The position numbers and the translations under genes are program-made. Source: Thermoleophilia bacterium (GTDB taxonomy: Bacteria; Actinomycetota; Thermoleophilia; Solirubrobacterales; 70-9). Taken from it: a stretch of DNA of 55,611 bases. Location of the stretch: contig JAENWU010000001.1 in NCBI GenBank assembly GCA_016649905.1, positions 1 through 55,611 of the forward strand, read 5' to 3'. The notes below the pieces were generated by a model. It ran no database searches. It worked only from the letters and a program-made list of their open reading frames with translations, and was not told where the DNA came from. Positions 1-11,547 of the stretch are shown piece by piece. How positions within the stretch are numbered: position 1 is the first letter of the stretch; each line of letters begins with the position of its first letter.

Positions 1-1
1 C

Positions 2-3000
2 GGGCGTGGCCTCGCCGGCCGGCCGGCCCTCTTGGTCAGCGCCGACGACCGCTCCGCCCGCGACCTCGCCACCGATCTGCGCGCGTACCTGGCGCCGCGG
101 CGGGTCCGTCTCTACCCCTCGCGCGGCACCGGCTACGCCTCCAGCATCACGCCGCCACCGCACCTGGTCGGGCTGCGGATCGACGCCCTCGATGCGCTTT
201 CCGCGGAAGCCGACGCGGTCGTCGTCGCCAGCGCCACGGCGCTCGCCGAGGCCGTTCCCGATGCCTCGCTGCGCCCGGCCGGGTTCGCGATCTCCAAGGG
301 TGAGGAGGTCGACCTCGGCGCCGTCGCCGACGACCTCGTCGGCGCTGGCTACGAGCGGGTCGAGCAGGTCGAAGAGCGCGGCCAGTTCGCCGTCCGCGGC
401 GGCATCCTCGACGTCTACCCCGCGACCGAGGAACGCGCCGTGCGGATCGAGTTGTTCGGCGACGAGGTCGACTCGATGCGCTGGTTCTCCACCTTCACCC
501 AGCGCTCGCTCGGCGAGGCCGAGCGGGTCGAGCTGGCGCCCGCGGCGGAGCTGGACGCCGAGCATCGTGAGCTGGCAGAGCTGGCCGCCCTCGAGGCGGC
601 CGAGGAGGGAGATCGTCCGTCCAACCTGGCCGAGCTGCTGCCGCTGGACCGCTTCCGCGCTCCGCTCGACCTCGTGCCCGAAGGGGTGGCGGTGCTGCTT
701 GCTGCGGCCGAGGAGATCGAGCCGGCGCTGCGCGATCACTGGGTGGACGCGACGACGGCGATGCACGCCGACGACGCTCAGCACCTCTACGTCGACGTCG
801 CCGAGCCGTTGGCGGCCCGGGCCGCGCTGTCGCTGATGGGGGCCGGTGAGGACGACGAGGACGCCTTCCGCGCTTCCCGCGCGGAGTCGCCCGCCCGCAG
901 CGTCAAAGAGGCGGAGTCGGAGCTGGAGAAACTGGTTCGCTCCGGCTACCGCACCGTCGTCGCCTTCGACAGCCGCGGCGAGGCCGAGCGCGCCCGTTAT
1001 GGCCTCGATCGCATCGACGCCCGTCTGCTGGAAGGTGGTCGGCTCTCGCCCGACCCGGGGCTCGCCTTTGCCGAGGCCCGCCTGCGCGAGGGCTTCGTCA
1101 GCCCCGAGCTGAAACTCGCCGTCTATCCCTTCCGCCGCCTCGTTCACCGCCGTCGCGCCGAGGAGCCGGCGCCCGGTGGCGGCCGCGGCCGCCTCGCCTT
1201 CAGCGAACTGCGGGTCGGTGACTACGTCGTCCACGAGGACCACGGCGTCGCCCGCTTCGCCGGCTTCGAGACCCGCGACGTCGGCGGTGTCACCCGCGAC
1301 TACCTCTACCTCGAATACAAAGGCGAGGATCGCGTCTTCGTGCCGACGGACCAGCTGGCGAAGCTGAGCCGCTACGTCGGCGCCGGCGGCGAACCGACGC
1401 TCTCGGCGCTCGGCGGCAAACGCTGGCAGAACCTGAAGGCGCGGGCCCGCAAAGCTGCGGGTGCGCTCGCCGGCGAGCTGCTCAACCTCTACGCCGAGCG
1501 CCGCCACCGCCGCGGCCACTCCTTCCCGCCCGACGGCGAGTGGCAGATCGAGATGGAGGCCGCCTTCCCATACCGCGAGACCGCGGACCAGCTGGAAGCG
1601 ATCGAGGCGGTCAAGGGCGACATGGAATCGGAGCGGCCGATGGACCGCCTGGTCTGCGGTGACGTCGGCTTCGGCAAGACCGAGGTGGCGCTGCGGGCGG
1701 CGGTGAAGGCCGCCTCAGACGGCAGACAGGTGATGATCCTGGTGCCGACCACGATCCTCGCCCAGCAGCACTTCGGCACCTTCCGCGAGCGCCTCGCCGA
1801 CCTCCCCTTCCGGGTCGAGGGCGTCTCGCGGCTGCGGCCCGCGGCAGAGACCAAAGCCGTCCTCGCCGACTTCGGGGCGGGCAAGGTCGACGTCCTGATC
1901 GGCACCCACCGACTGCTCTCCCGCGACGTCCGCGCCAAAGATCTTGGGCTCGTCGTCGTCGACGAGGAGCAGCGCTTCGGGGTCAAGCAGAAGGAACTGC
2001 TGCGGCAGCTGAAGCTGAAGGTCGACGTGCTGGCGCTCTCGGCGACGCCGATTCCGCGCACCCTGCAGATGAGCCTGGCCGGGTTGCGCGACATCTCCGT
2101 GATCGAGACCCCGCCCGAGGGTCGGCGCCCGGTCCGCACCTACGTCGGGCCCTACGACGAGGACCTGGTCCGCAAATCGATCGAGCGCGAGCTCGAGCGC
2201 GGCGGCCAGGCCTTCTTCCTCCACAACCGGATCGACTCCTTGCCGGAGGTGGTCGAGCGCCTGCGCGGCCTGCTGCCGAAGGCCCGCTTCCTCGAAGCCC
2301 ACGGCCAGATGGACGAGCACGCGCTGGAGGAGACGATGCTGACCTTCCTGCGTGGCGAGGCCGACTGTCTGGTGACGACGACGATCATCGAGTCGGGCCT
2401 CGACATCCCCACCGCCAACACCCTGATCGTCGAGCGCGCCGACCAGCTCGGGCTCTCCCAGGCCTACCAGATCCGCGGCCGGGTGGGGCGCTCTCGCGAG
2501 CGCGCCTTCGCCTACCTGCTCTATCCCTCGGCCGAGGCGCTCACCGAGGAGGCGGCGGCGCGGCTCTCGACCCTCGCCGACCACACCGAGCTCGGCTCCG
2601 GCTTCCGCATCGCGATGCGCGACCTCGACATCCGCGGCGCCGGCAACCTGCTCGGCGACGAGCAGTCCGGGCACGTCGCCGCGGTCGGCTTCGAGCTCTA
2701 CTGCCAGATGATCGACGAGGCCGTGGCCGAGGCTGGCGAGGCGGCCGGGGAAGGCGAGGAGGCGCCCGAGCCGGTCCGCCTCGACGTTCCCGTCGACGCC
2801 TACCTGCCGGCCGGCTTCGTCCCCTTCGAGGCGGCGAAGATCGACATCCACCGCCGCATCGTCGCCGCCCGCGAGCCGGGCCAGCTGCGGGCGATCCGCG
2901 ACGAGCTCTGCGATCGCTTCGGGCCGCCGCCGCCGCCGGCCGAGAACCTGTTGAAGCTGCAGAAAGCGCGGATCGAGCTCGGCCTCGCCGGTGCTCGCAG

Positions 3001-3283
3001 CGTCGAGTTCCGCGGCGGCCGCCTCAGCGTCACCGGGGTCGAACTCGATTCCGAGCAGGCCGGCGTGTTGGCCGAGCGGGTCGAGGGTGCGCTCTACGAA
3101 TGGCGGGAGCAGACGGCGGCGTTGCGCGTCGCCGGCGATCCCGAGGAGCGCTTGGCAGCGGTGTTGGCGTTGGCTGAGGGGCTGCGCGAGGCGCAGCGTC
3201 CGGCCGAGGCCGCGGCCGCCTGGGCGGTTCCCGGACCCTGCCGTTTACCTGGCGCTAAGCAATTTGACTATGCTGCCGGCTTC
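2..3283 (+). CDS. mfd: Transcription-repair coupling factor Mfd; 5' end outside window; no in-frame stop before the next coding segment
   Basis: The frame is open from the window edge. The translation carries a CarD/TRCF RNAP-interaction region (FSELRVGDYVVHEDHGVARFAG). It has SF2 helicase motifs (GDVGFGKTEVALRAA, VVDEEQRFG, LSATPIPRTL, QIRGRVGRS) and a TRCF C-terminal domain. The end is set arbitrarily at the GTG of the next domain because this frame has no stop until 4579. Confidence 0.9.
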
Positions 3284-4579
3284 GTGGGAGCGAAAACCGG
3301 GCAGACGGGCAGGAAGGCTGGGCTACAGCGGCTGGCGCTGATTCTTTTCGGCGCCCTCGTGGTCGTGCTGATCGCTGGTTTCGCGATCGCCCAGGGAATT
3401 GGCCGCCCGAGCGTGCCGTCCGGCGACGTCGCGCTGGTCGAAGGCGTTTCCGACGGCAGCGTCAGCGAAGCCGAATTCAAACTCGCCCTCGCCCAGCAGA
3501 TCGCCCAGGGCGGTCTCAAAAAAGCCCCGAAAGAGGGCTCGACGAAATACGAAGAACTGAAGAAAGGCGCCCTGGGCGAACTCCTCGACTTCATCTGGAT
3601 CCAGGGCCAGGCTGAAGAACTCGATCTGACCGCGACCGACAAACAGATCGAGGAACAGCTCGAAGAAATCAAAGAACAGAACTTCCCGACCCCGGCCGCT
3701 TACAAAGAATTCCTGAAAACCTCGAAACTCAGCCCGGAGGACGTGGAAAAGCGGGTCGAGCTGCAGGTCCTGAGCAACAAAATCCAGGAAGCGATCACGG
3801 CCGAAGCAGGAACCCCCAGCAACGCCGAAATCGCCGACTTCTACGATGCCGCGAAGGCGACCCAGTTCACGACCAAACCGAGTCGCGACGTCCGCATCAT
3901 CGTCAACAAAGACAAAGCTGAAGTCGAAGCGGCGAAAGCGGCGCTCGAAAGCGACGACTCCGACGCGAACTGGGAAAAAGTTGCTGCCAAATACTCGTCA
4001 GACCCGACGACCAAAACCAAAGGCGGCTTGCAGTCGGGGCTGACCGAAGAACTGCTGGCCACGGCTGGTCCGCTGAAAGCGGCGATCTTCGACAGCGCCA
4101 CCAACGAACTCGTCGGCCCGCTCGAATACCAGGGCAACTACACCCTGATCGCGGTCGTGAAACTGAACCCGGAGAAAGTCCAGACCCTCGGCGAAGCGCG
4201 CGCGCAGATCAGCACGCAGCTGCAACAGCAGGGGCAGGAAGCGTTCTTCGAAGACTTCGTCTCCGAGTACCAGAGCAAGTGGGAATCACGCACCGTCTGC
4301 GCCTCGGGCTTCGAGGTCGAACGCTGCTCCAACTACAAGGGCTCGGGCCACCCGAGCACCGCCAGCCCGGCTTGCTACGAAGCGGATCCCAAAGGTGGCG
4401 CCGCGACCGAATGCCCGGCTCCGGTAACCCCGGTCTCGCCGGCGCTACCCGGCTCGGTGACGATCCTGCAGCCGAAAGGCGAACGTCTGCCGCAGCGACC
4501 GGTGCCGGTTGCCACCGCCCCAGCAGCGGGCGCCGAAGGCGAAGTCCTGCCCGAAGGCGCCGCGCCAACCGGCGAATAG
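3284..4579 (+). CDS. Membrane-anchored PpiC/parvulin-type peptidyl-prolyl isomerase (SurA-N-like plus rotamase domain)
   Basis: Same frame as mfd, after a codon-atypical linker (3242-3283). It has an N-terminal TM helix (LALILFGALVVVLIAGFAIA) and a helical SurA-N-like part. A parvulin-like segment follows (DVRIIVNKDKAEVEAAKAAL...GGLQSGLTEELL...YQGNYTLIAVVKL). Stop is TAG at 4577-4579. The start (GTG 3284) is uncertain. Confidence 0.7.
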   Translation: MGAKTGQTGRKAGLQRLALILFGALVVVLIAGFAIAQGIGRPSVPSGDVALVEGVSDGSVSEAEFKLALAQQIAQGGLKKAPKEGSTKYEELKKGALGELLDFIWIQGQAEELDLTATDKQIEEQLEEIKEQNFPTPAAYKEFLKTSKLSPEDVEKRVELQVLSNKIQEAITAEAGTPSNAEIADFYDAAKATQFTTKPSRDVRIIVNKDKAEVEAAKAALESDDSDANWEKVAAKYSSDPTTKTKGGLQSGLTEELLATAGPLKAAIFDSATNELVGPLEYQGNYTLIAVVKLNPEKVQTLGEARAQISTQLQQQGQEAFFEDFVSEYQSKWESRTVCASGFEVERCSNYKGSGHPSTASPACYEADPKGGAATECPAPVTPVSPALPGSVTILQPKGERLPQRPVPVATAPAAGAEGEVLPEGAAPTGE

Positions 4580-4612
4580 GCTCATTGGCGCGGCCATCGG
4601 GGCTGTGAATAG

Positions 4613-5920
<1,308 letters not shown>

Positions 5921-5957
5921 ATGAAGGAATGCGCGGCCCGGGCGCAAAGCACCGGGC

Positions 5958-6329
5958 ATGGCAGCACGCGCCCATGCCGGCCGCACCGCGTCCGGCTCGC
6001 GTCGGCGCCCGGCGGCCCGCAGGCGGCGGCCGGCGGCCCGCAGCGGCCCCAGCCGGATCAAGTGGGACCGGGTCGGGCGGATCGCGCTGACCCTGGTCCT
6101 CTTCGCCGTCCTCTACTCGTATCTCAACCCGGCGATCGACTTTGTCAAGACCTACACGGCGACGACCGAGGCGAAAGCGCAGCTGCACGAGCTGCAAGCC
6201 GAAAACACCAAGCTCCACAACCGCGTCCAGTCCTCGGAGGACCCAATCGTCGTCGACCGCCGGGCGCGCAGCCTCGGCCTCGTGGCCGAAGGCGAGACGC
6301 CGGTCGTGATCCGCGGCCTCGACCGCTGA
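5958..6329 (+). CDS. Septum formation initiator FtsB/DivIC-like protein
   Basis: 123 aa with an Arg-rich tail, one TM helix (IALTLVLFAVLYSYL) and a coiled coil (AKAQLHELQAENTKLHNRV). Its position directly downstream of eno is the usual actinobacterial arrangement. Confidence 0.75.
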   Translation: MAARAHAGRTASGSRRRPAARRRRPAARSGPSRIKWDRVGRIALTLVLFAVLYSYLNPAIDFVKTYTATTEAKAQLHELQAENTKLHNRVQSSEDPIVVDRRARSLGLVAEGETPVVIRGLDR

Positions 6330-6350
6330 CCCCGGCCCCGAGGCGCGCCG

Positions 6351-8546
6351 ATGCTTGACCTCGGCTGCTACCTCCTCGGCGTTGTCAAGGTAGGCGTTGT
6401 AGTCGCGGCGCTGGGGTTCTCCGCTTTTCGCATTCGACAGAAGCTTCTGCCCGCCTGGTCCGGCAGCCCTGCTCGCCTGGTGGAGATCATTGGAGCCGTC
6501 GCGCTGCTCACCTGGCTCAGCGAGCTCCTGGGCAGCGTCGATCTCTTCTACAGCGGAACCCTGATAGCCGGCTCCATCCTGATCGGTCTGGCGATCTGGT
6601 TCCTGTCGGCGGGTGGCACGGGTGGGGAGGCCGAGGACGGAGCGACGCACCGCCCGCAGGCCTCCCCACCCGTGCCAGGCCCCGCCGGCCCGGGACCCCT
6701 CGCCTGGTTGGTCATGCTCGGCGTAGTCGCCTTGGTCGTCTTCCACTGGGGGATCACCACGAAGCACGCGCTCGATCGAGGCATCTTCAACTTCGACTCC
6801 CTCTGGTACCACATGCCGTTCTCCGTGGACATGGTCCAGAGTCACTCCCTGACCGGGATGTGGCACGTCGAGACCGTCTTCACCAACTGGTTCTACCCCC
6901 AGAACTCGGAGCTCCTGCACGCGGTTGGCATCGCCCTGACCGAACGCGACACGCTCTCGCTCTTCCTCAACTTCGGCTGGCTCGCGGTCGCCTTCCTGGC
7001 CGCCTGGTGCATCGGTCGTCCTTACGGCCGCGGCCAGCTCAGCGTCGTCGCCGTCGCGATCCTGCTCGAGTGCCACACCCTCGTCGTCCGCGAGCCCGGC
7101 GCTGCCAAGAACGACCTGATGGCCGCGGCGCTGCTGCTCGCCGCGATCGCGATCCTGGTCGAGGCCTGGAACCGTCGCAGTAGATCCGAGGAGGGATCAC
7201 ACCTCGAGCCGGGGTGGGCGCTCGCTGCGGCGGGCCTCGCGATCGGGCTTGCGGCTGGGACGAAGGTGACGGTGCTGGCGATGGCGGCGGCGCTGAGCCT
7301 CGCGGTGCTGGTCCTGGCGCCCGCCGGTAGGCGCTGGGCGGCAGCGGGGTGGTGGTTCATCCCGGCCCTGCTCGGCGGCGGCTTCTGGTACCTGCGCAAC
7401 CTCCTCGTCGCCGGCAACCCGTTGCCCGCGGTGGAGAGCATCGGTCCGATCTCGCTGCCGCACCCCGAGCGGCTGCAGATCGGCCGGCCCGACTTCAACA
7501 TCGCCCACTACGCGACCGACACCGGCATCTGGAGCGATTACTTCTCTCCCGGCCTGCACGACGCCTTTGGCGCCCTCTGGCCGCTGGTCCTCGGTGGGGC
7601 CGTGCTGGCGTCTCTCTGGGCGCTGTTTGGCGGCCGCGACCGGATCGTTCGTGCGGCTGGAGCCGTCGCTCTGTTTGGGATGCTCGCCTACCTCTTCACC
7701 CCGCTCGGCGCCGCCGGCGCCGAGGGCGAACCGGTCGGCTTCGCGATCAACGTCCGCTTCGTTGTCCCGGCGCTGCTCGTCGGCCTCGCCCTGCTGCCGC
7801 TGCCGCGGCAGCTCGACAGCCCCAGGCGCCAGTGGGGGCTGATGGCGGCGCTGGTGCTCGTCTTCCTGCTCACGGACCGCCCTGACGACGCCCTCAGAGA
7901 CCCCTCACGGCCCTTCGCGCTGCTGTTGGTGGTTCTGGCGCTGGCGATACCTGCGGTGCTGCTCCTCGCCCGCCAGCGGGGCACCGCCCGCGCCCGCGTG
8001 ATCGGCGCCTGCGCGGCGCTAACGCTTGCCGTGGTCGCGATCGGCTACCCGGTCCAGCGCCACTACCTCGACTCCCGCTTCGCCAACGACGGCCCGCAGG
8101 AGGAGTGGATCCCCGGCATGGACCTCGATTCCGCCTACCGCTGGGCGCGCGGGGTCGAGGACGCCCGCATCGGCCTCGCCGGCACCAGCGCCGGGTTTGC
8201 CGGCTACGGCTTCTACGGCACCGAGCTCTCCAACGAGGTCCGCTACCTCGGCGTCCGCGGCCCCCGCGGTGCCTTCAACGCGATCCCCGACTGCGCCGAC
8301 TTCCGCGCCGCTGTCAACGCTGCCGACCTCGACTACCTGGTCACCTCGCCGTTCCTCAACTTCCTCCACCCCGATCAGCCCGTGCCCTCGCCCGAGGCGC
8401 GCTGGCTGCGCGGAGAGGACGCCGTATCGCCGCTCCTGCGCAGCGGTCCCGTCACCGTCTGGAAAGTCGACGGGGAGCTCGACCCGGGCGGTTGCGGCAG
8501 CGCCAACGCGCCGCTGCACGAAGTGCCCGACACGCCGGCGTCCTGA
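6351..8546 (+). CDS. Polytopic membrane protein, GT-C-fold-like (ArnT/PMT-type glycosyltransferase-like)
   Basis: 731 aa with many hydrophobic helices over about 500 aa, then a soluble C-terminal domain. Codon usage is typical of the core genome. The family cannot be assigned by eye. Confidence 0.6.
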   Translation: MLDLGCYLLGVVKVGVVVAALGFSAFRIRQKLLPAWSGSPARLVEIIGAVALLTWLSELLGSVDLFYSGTLIAGSILIGLAIWFLSAGGTGGEAEDGATHRPQASPPVPGPAGPGPLAWLVMLGVVALVVFHWGITTKHALDRGIFNFDSLWYHMPFSVDMVQSHSLTGMWHVETVFTNWFYPQNSELLHAVGIALTERDTLSLFLNFGWLAVAFLAAWCIGRPYGRGQLSVVAVAILLECHTLVVREPGAAKNDLMAAALLLAAIAILVEAWNRRSRSEEGSHLEPGWALAAAGLAIGLAAGTKVTVLAMAAALSLAVLVLAPAGRRWAAAGWWFIPALLGGGFWYLRNLLVAGNPLPAVESIGPISLPHPERLQIGRPDFNIAHYATDTGIWSDYFSPGLHDAFGALWPLVLGGAVLASLWALFGGRDRIVRAAGAVALFGMLAYLFTPLGAAGAEGEPVGFAINVRFVVPALLVGLALLPLPRQLDSPRRQWGLMAALVLVFLLTDRPDDALRDPSRPFALLLVVLALAIPAVLLLARQRGTARARVIGACAALTLAVVAIGYPVQRHYLDSRFANDGPQEEWIPGMDLDSAYRWARGVEDARIGLAGTSAGFAGYGFYGTELSNEVRYLGVRGPRGAFNAIPDCADFRAAVNAADLDYLVTSPFLNFLHPDQPVPSPEARWLRGEDAVSPLLRSGPVTVWKVDGELDPGGCGSANAPLHEVPDTPAS

Positions 8547-8582
8547 GTGCCGCCGGGCGGCGCTGGGTAATCTCGGACCGAG

Positions 8583-8906
8583 ATGGGCTATCCACTCGAG
8601 AACGCGTTGTTTCAGTGGGAGGAGGGCTGGCGCCATCTGCAGGCGATCCGTGATCCGCGGGAGCGGCGCTTGGCCGACCGCTTGATCGAGGCGATTCGCG
8701 ACGAGCTGCGGCGGCGGATCGGCGTGACCTTCAGCGCGGCTGAGTTGGCAGACCTATATGGCGAGGGCACCGACTGGTGCCTGCAAGTCGCCATTGACGT
8801 GGCGCCGGCCGCCGAGGGCGACTCGCAGTCGCTGGCGGACGCCGCCTTCTGGCTCTACCTACGCGGCGCCGGCGACTTCGCCGGCGGCAGGCAGCTGCCC
8901 GTCTGA
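8583..8906 (+). CDS. Hypothetical protein
   Basis: 107-aa ORF with an ATG start and non-repetitive, balanced composition. No recognisable motif. Confidence 0.55.
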   Translation: MGYPLENALFQWEEGWRHLQAIRDPRERRLADRLIEAIRDELRRRIGVTFSAAELADLYGEGTDWCLQVAIDVAPAAEGDSQSLADAAFWLYLRGAGDFAGGRQLPV

Positions 8907-8991
8907 CCGGCGCATAGCGGCGTCCTCGGTCGCTCGCGTGCAGAGCACGCCACGCTCCCTGCGTCCTTGCTCTGCTTGGTCAGACGAACAG

Positions 8992-9627
8992 CTAGTCGTC
9001 CGAGTCGGAGTCCGAGTCGGACTCCCCGGCCTCGGGGGCGCCGCCTGCGGGGGCGGAGCCGGCGCGGCGGATCACGATCTGGTCGGCCTCGATGCGCACG
9101 GTGACGTCGCGTTTGCCGGCCCAGTGCTCGGTGTAGACGGGGTTGTCCTTGATCGCGGCGTCCAGCCAGAGGCCGTAGCCGTCGGTCTCGCCGTGGTCGA
9201 AGGTTGCCTCGAGCTCTTTGCGGCGACCGCGGCCACCGCGGCGACCGCGGCGGCGACGGCGTTTGGGGCGCGATCCGGCGGGGCCGGACTCGGAGTCCTC
9301 GCCCTCGTCGTCGTCCTCCTCCTCCTCCTCCTCCTCCTCGTCTCCCTCATCTCCCTCGTCCTCGCTCTCGCGCTTCGCGCGCTCGGCCTCTTCGGAGGCC
9401 TCCTGCTCGGCCGTGGCCGCCTCGATCTCCGCTTCGATCTCGTCGCGCAGGTCGATTTCGCTCGAACCGGCGTTCTCGTCATCGGCTGAGAGGTCGTACT
9501 GCTTGCGGAACTCGCGCAGCTCGGTGGCGCTGATTTCAAGCTGGTGGGCGATCCAGGCATCGGTCCGCCCCTGGTGGACCCAGGCGCGGATTTGGTTGAG
9601 CTGCGGCTTTAGAGAGCGTCGAGGCAT
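8992..9627 (-). CDS. Highly charged hypothetical protein (N-terminal HTH-like, poly-acidic tract, Arg-rich tract)
   Basis: 211 aa. The N-terminus IRAWVHQGRTDAWIAHQLEISATELREFRKQY looks HTH-like. It contains EDEGDEGDEEEEEEEEDDDEGED followed by RPKRRRRRGRRGGRGRRK, and ends in SDSDSDSDD. The acidic run is encoded by a (TCC/CTC)n tract at about 9305-9345. Confidence 0.7.
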   Translation of the reverse strand: MPRRSLKPQLNQIRAWVHQGRTDAWIAHQLEISATELREFRKQYDLSADDENAGSSEIDLRDEIEAEIEAATAEQEASEEAERAKRESEDEGDEGDEEEEEEEEDDDEGEDSESGPAGSRPKRRRRRGRRGGRGRRKELEATFDHGETDGYGLWLDAAIKDNPVYTEHWAGKRDVTVRIEADQIVIRRAGSAPAGGAPEAGESDSDSDSDD

Positions 9628-9670
9628 CGGCGCGCGAGTCTATTCAAGGTCGGCATTGGGACGCGGCGAG

Positions 9671-9910
9671 CTAGGCCATCAGGAAGGCGAGCGCCTCGAA
9701 CATCGCCACCACGACCACGGTCACGGTCACGGTCAGGCAGACGGCGAGAACGCTGAAACGGACCTTCCCGTCCTGCTCGGTGCGGGTGATGCGGCGAGCG
9801 CGCGAGCGGTTCGCGGCGCGGCGGCGCAGCTGCTCGCGGCGGCGGCGCTCGAGTGAGGTCTCCTGCTCGAAGGCGGTCTCGAACTGGGAGATGCTTTGAC
9901 GCATTCGCAT
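9671..9910 (-). CDS. Small membrane protein, hypothetical
   Basis: Internal ATG of the 155-aa ORF gives 79 aa. The Arg-rich N-half is followed by one TM helix (VLAVCLTVTVTVVVVAMFEALAFL). The longer upstream extension is Arg/Ser-rich and looks non-coding. Confidence 0.4.
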   Translation of the reverse strand: MRMRQSISQFETAFEQETSLERRRREQLRRRAANRSRARRITRTEQDGKVRFSVLAVCLTVTVTVVVVAMFEALAFLMA

Positions 9911-9974
9911 AGGGGTGGCCCCCGAGGGGCCGGTGGGCACCGTAGCAAAGGATCTTGCAGAACTCACGCTTAGC

Positions 9975-10496
9975 TCACGTTTCACACGCACTCCAGAGAC
10001 CCCTCCCGCGCCGTGCAGCCCCGATCTCAAGCCGTTTGAAGCGCCTCGCAAAGCGGTCGTTCGGGGCGATCGTGAGCGTCCGTCCCAGCCCTCTCCGCAG
10101 CAGCTCGGCGTTGACGAAGCGATCGTCGAGGTAGACATAGGAAAGCAGGCGGTCGTAGACGTCGCGGCGCTCGACGCCGAAGACGAGCCTTACCCACCGG
10201 CCCTCGACGAGCCGGTGGTTGAAGCGGGAGGCGCGGGGACCGAAGCACTGCACCGGCGTCCCCGGCTTGACCGTCTCCGGCGTGTCGACGCCGATGTAGC
10301 GGACGTCCTCGAGCTCGCCGCCGATCCGCACCTCGATCGTGTCGCCGTCGACGACCCGGACGACCCGCGTCCGCGCGCTTGCCGGCCCCTCGGCGCCGCC
10401 GTCCAGCCCTTCCCAGGGACGCAGCAGCAGCGCCGCGACCAGAACCACCAGGGCGGCGCTGCCGAGCCAACCGGGACTGCGCGAGTCGATCCCCAC
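9975..10496 (-). CDS. Thermonuclease (staphylococcal nuclease, SNase-like) family protein with N-terminal anchor
   Basis: VVRVVDGDTIEVRIGGELEDVRYIGVDTPE ... DRLLSYVYLDD ... NAELLRRG ... match the SNase fold signature. The N-terminal hydrophobic segment is AALVVLVAALLL. Confidence 0.85.
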   Translation of the reverse strand: MGIDSRSPGWLGSAALVVLVAALLLRPWEGLDGGAEGPASARTRVVRVVDGDTIEVRIGGELEDVRYIGVDTPETVKPGTPVQCFGPRASRFNHRLVEGRWVRLVFGVERRDVYDRLLSYVYLDDRFVNAELLRRGLGRTLTIAPNDRFARRFKRLEIGAARRGRGLWSACET

Positions 10497-10535
10497 CCCG
10501 AGCTAAGCGGGGTGGGGACGGAGCTTCTCCCCTCG

Positions 10536-11456
10536 CTACGGCGTGCGCCGCACGTTCGACAGGAGGGTCTCCTTGATCTGCTCGATGATCGCCAGCGCCT
10601 CGTTCCACTCGCGCTGCCAGACGTTGCGGCCGAAGATGACGCCGGAGCCGCCGGCCTGCATCACCTCGCGGGTGTGGTTGAGGACGGTCTCATCGTCGGT
10701 CTTGGAGCCGCCGGAGAGGACGACCAGGGCGCGCCCGGCCGACTCGACGCACTGGCGAATCGCCTCCGCCTGGTCGACTTCCATCTCGTTGTAGGGCGCC
10801 TGCGCGTCCTTGTCCTTCTTGGAGTCGATCTTCGGCATGTTGAGCTTGACGATGTCGGCGCCCATCTCCATCGCCATTCGCGCCGCGTAGTCGATCGCGT
10901 AGAAGGAGTTAGGACCGCCCTTGGCGTCGACCGCTTCGCCGCGCGGGTAGGACCAGATCACCAGCGGCATCCCGAAGCGGTCGCAGTCCTGGCGCACCTG
11001 GCGCAGCTGGGCGAGGTCCTCGTCTTGCCGCGGCGAGCCGACGTAGAGCGTGTAGCCGATCGCGTCGGCACCGAGCCGGACGCCGTCCTCGACGCTGGCG
11101 TTGCACGAGGAGAAGGACTTGGCGGAGGAGGGAATGTCGGTCTTGCCGTTGACCTTGAGGATCAGCGGCACCCGGCCGGCGTAGTCGGGGTAGTACTTCT
11201 CGGCCATCCCGATCTGGCAGGCCAGCGCCGAGTAGCCAGCCTCGGCGGCGAGCCGGAACTGGTAGTCGGGATCCTTGGAAGCGGGGTTCGGGAAGAAGTC
11301 CCGCGGGCCGTGCTCGATGCCCTGGTCGATCGGCAGCAGCATCAGCGTGCCGTGGCCGGGACCGAACTCGAACAGCAGCCGGTGCAGGCGGGCCCGTTTG
11401 CCGGGCGGCAGGGTCGCAAGCAGCGATTTCTGCTCGGTCAGACTCTTCAGCTCCAC
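10536..11456 (-). CDS. Class I fructose-bisphosphate aldolase, FbaB/DhnA type
   Basis: LLPIDQGIEHGP, LILKVNGKT and IVKLNMPK resemble E. coli FbaB (recalled) along the whole length. Start is chosen at GTG 11456, preceded by GAGGAGGAA at 6-nt spacing. The TTG at 11504 given by the ORF track has no RBS. Confidence 0.85.
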   Translation of the reverse strand: MELKSLTEQKSLLATLPPGKRARLHRLLFEFGPGHGTLMLLPIDQGIEHGPRDFFPNPASKDPDYQFRLAAEAGYSALACQIGMAEKYYPDYAGRVPLILKVNGKTDIPSSAKSFSSCNASVEDGVRLGADAIGYTLYVGSPRQDEDLAQLRQVRQDCDRFGMPLVIWSYPRGEAVDAKGGPNSFYAIDYAARMAMEMGADIVKLNMPKIDSKKDKDAQAPYNEMEVDQAEAIRQCVESAGRALVVLSGGSKTDDETVLNHTREVMQAGGSGVIFGRNVWQREWNEALAIIEQIKETLLSNVRRTP

Positions 11457-11547
11457 AGTGATTTCCTCCTCGAAGACGGGTGTCTGGGGAGTATGCCATC
11501 GCAAACGGGTTCAGACCCCTCCACACGAGGGGTATTCTCGGTAGGCA

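Noticed and set aside
1715-2851. 378-aa minus-strand ORF inside mfd, with similar ones at 4445-5881, 5793-7076, 12483-13694, 16723-17862, 37836-38774, 42999-44615 and 53289-54974
   Set aside because: All are antisense or out of frame relative to genes with clear homology. Their compositions are dominated by Arg/Gly/Ala/Asp, as expected from GC-rich non-coding frames.
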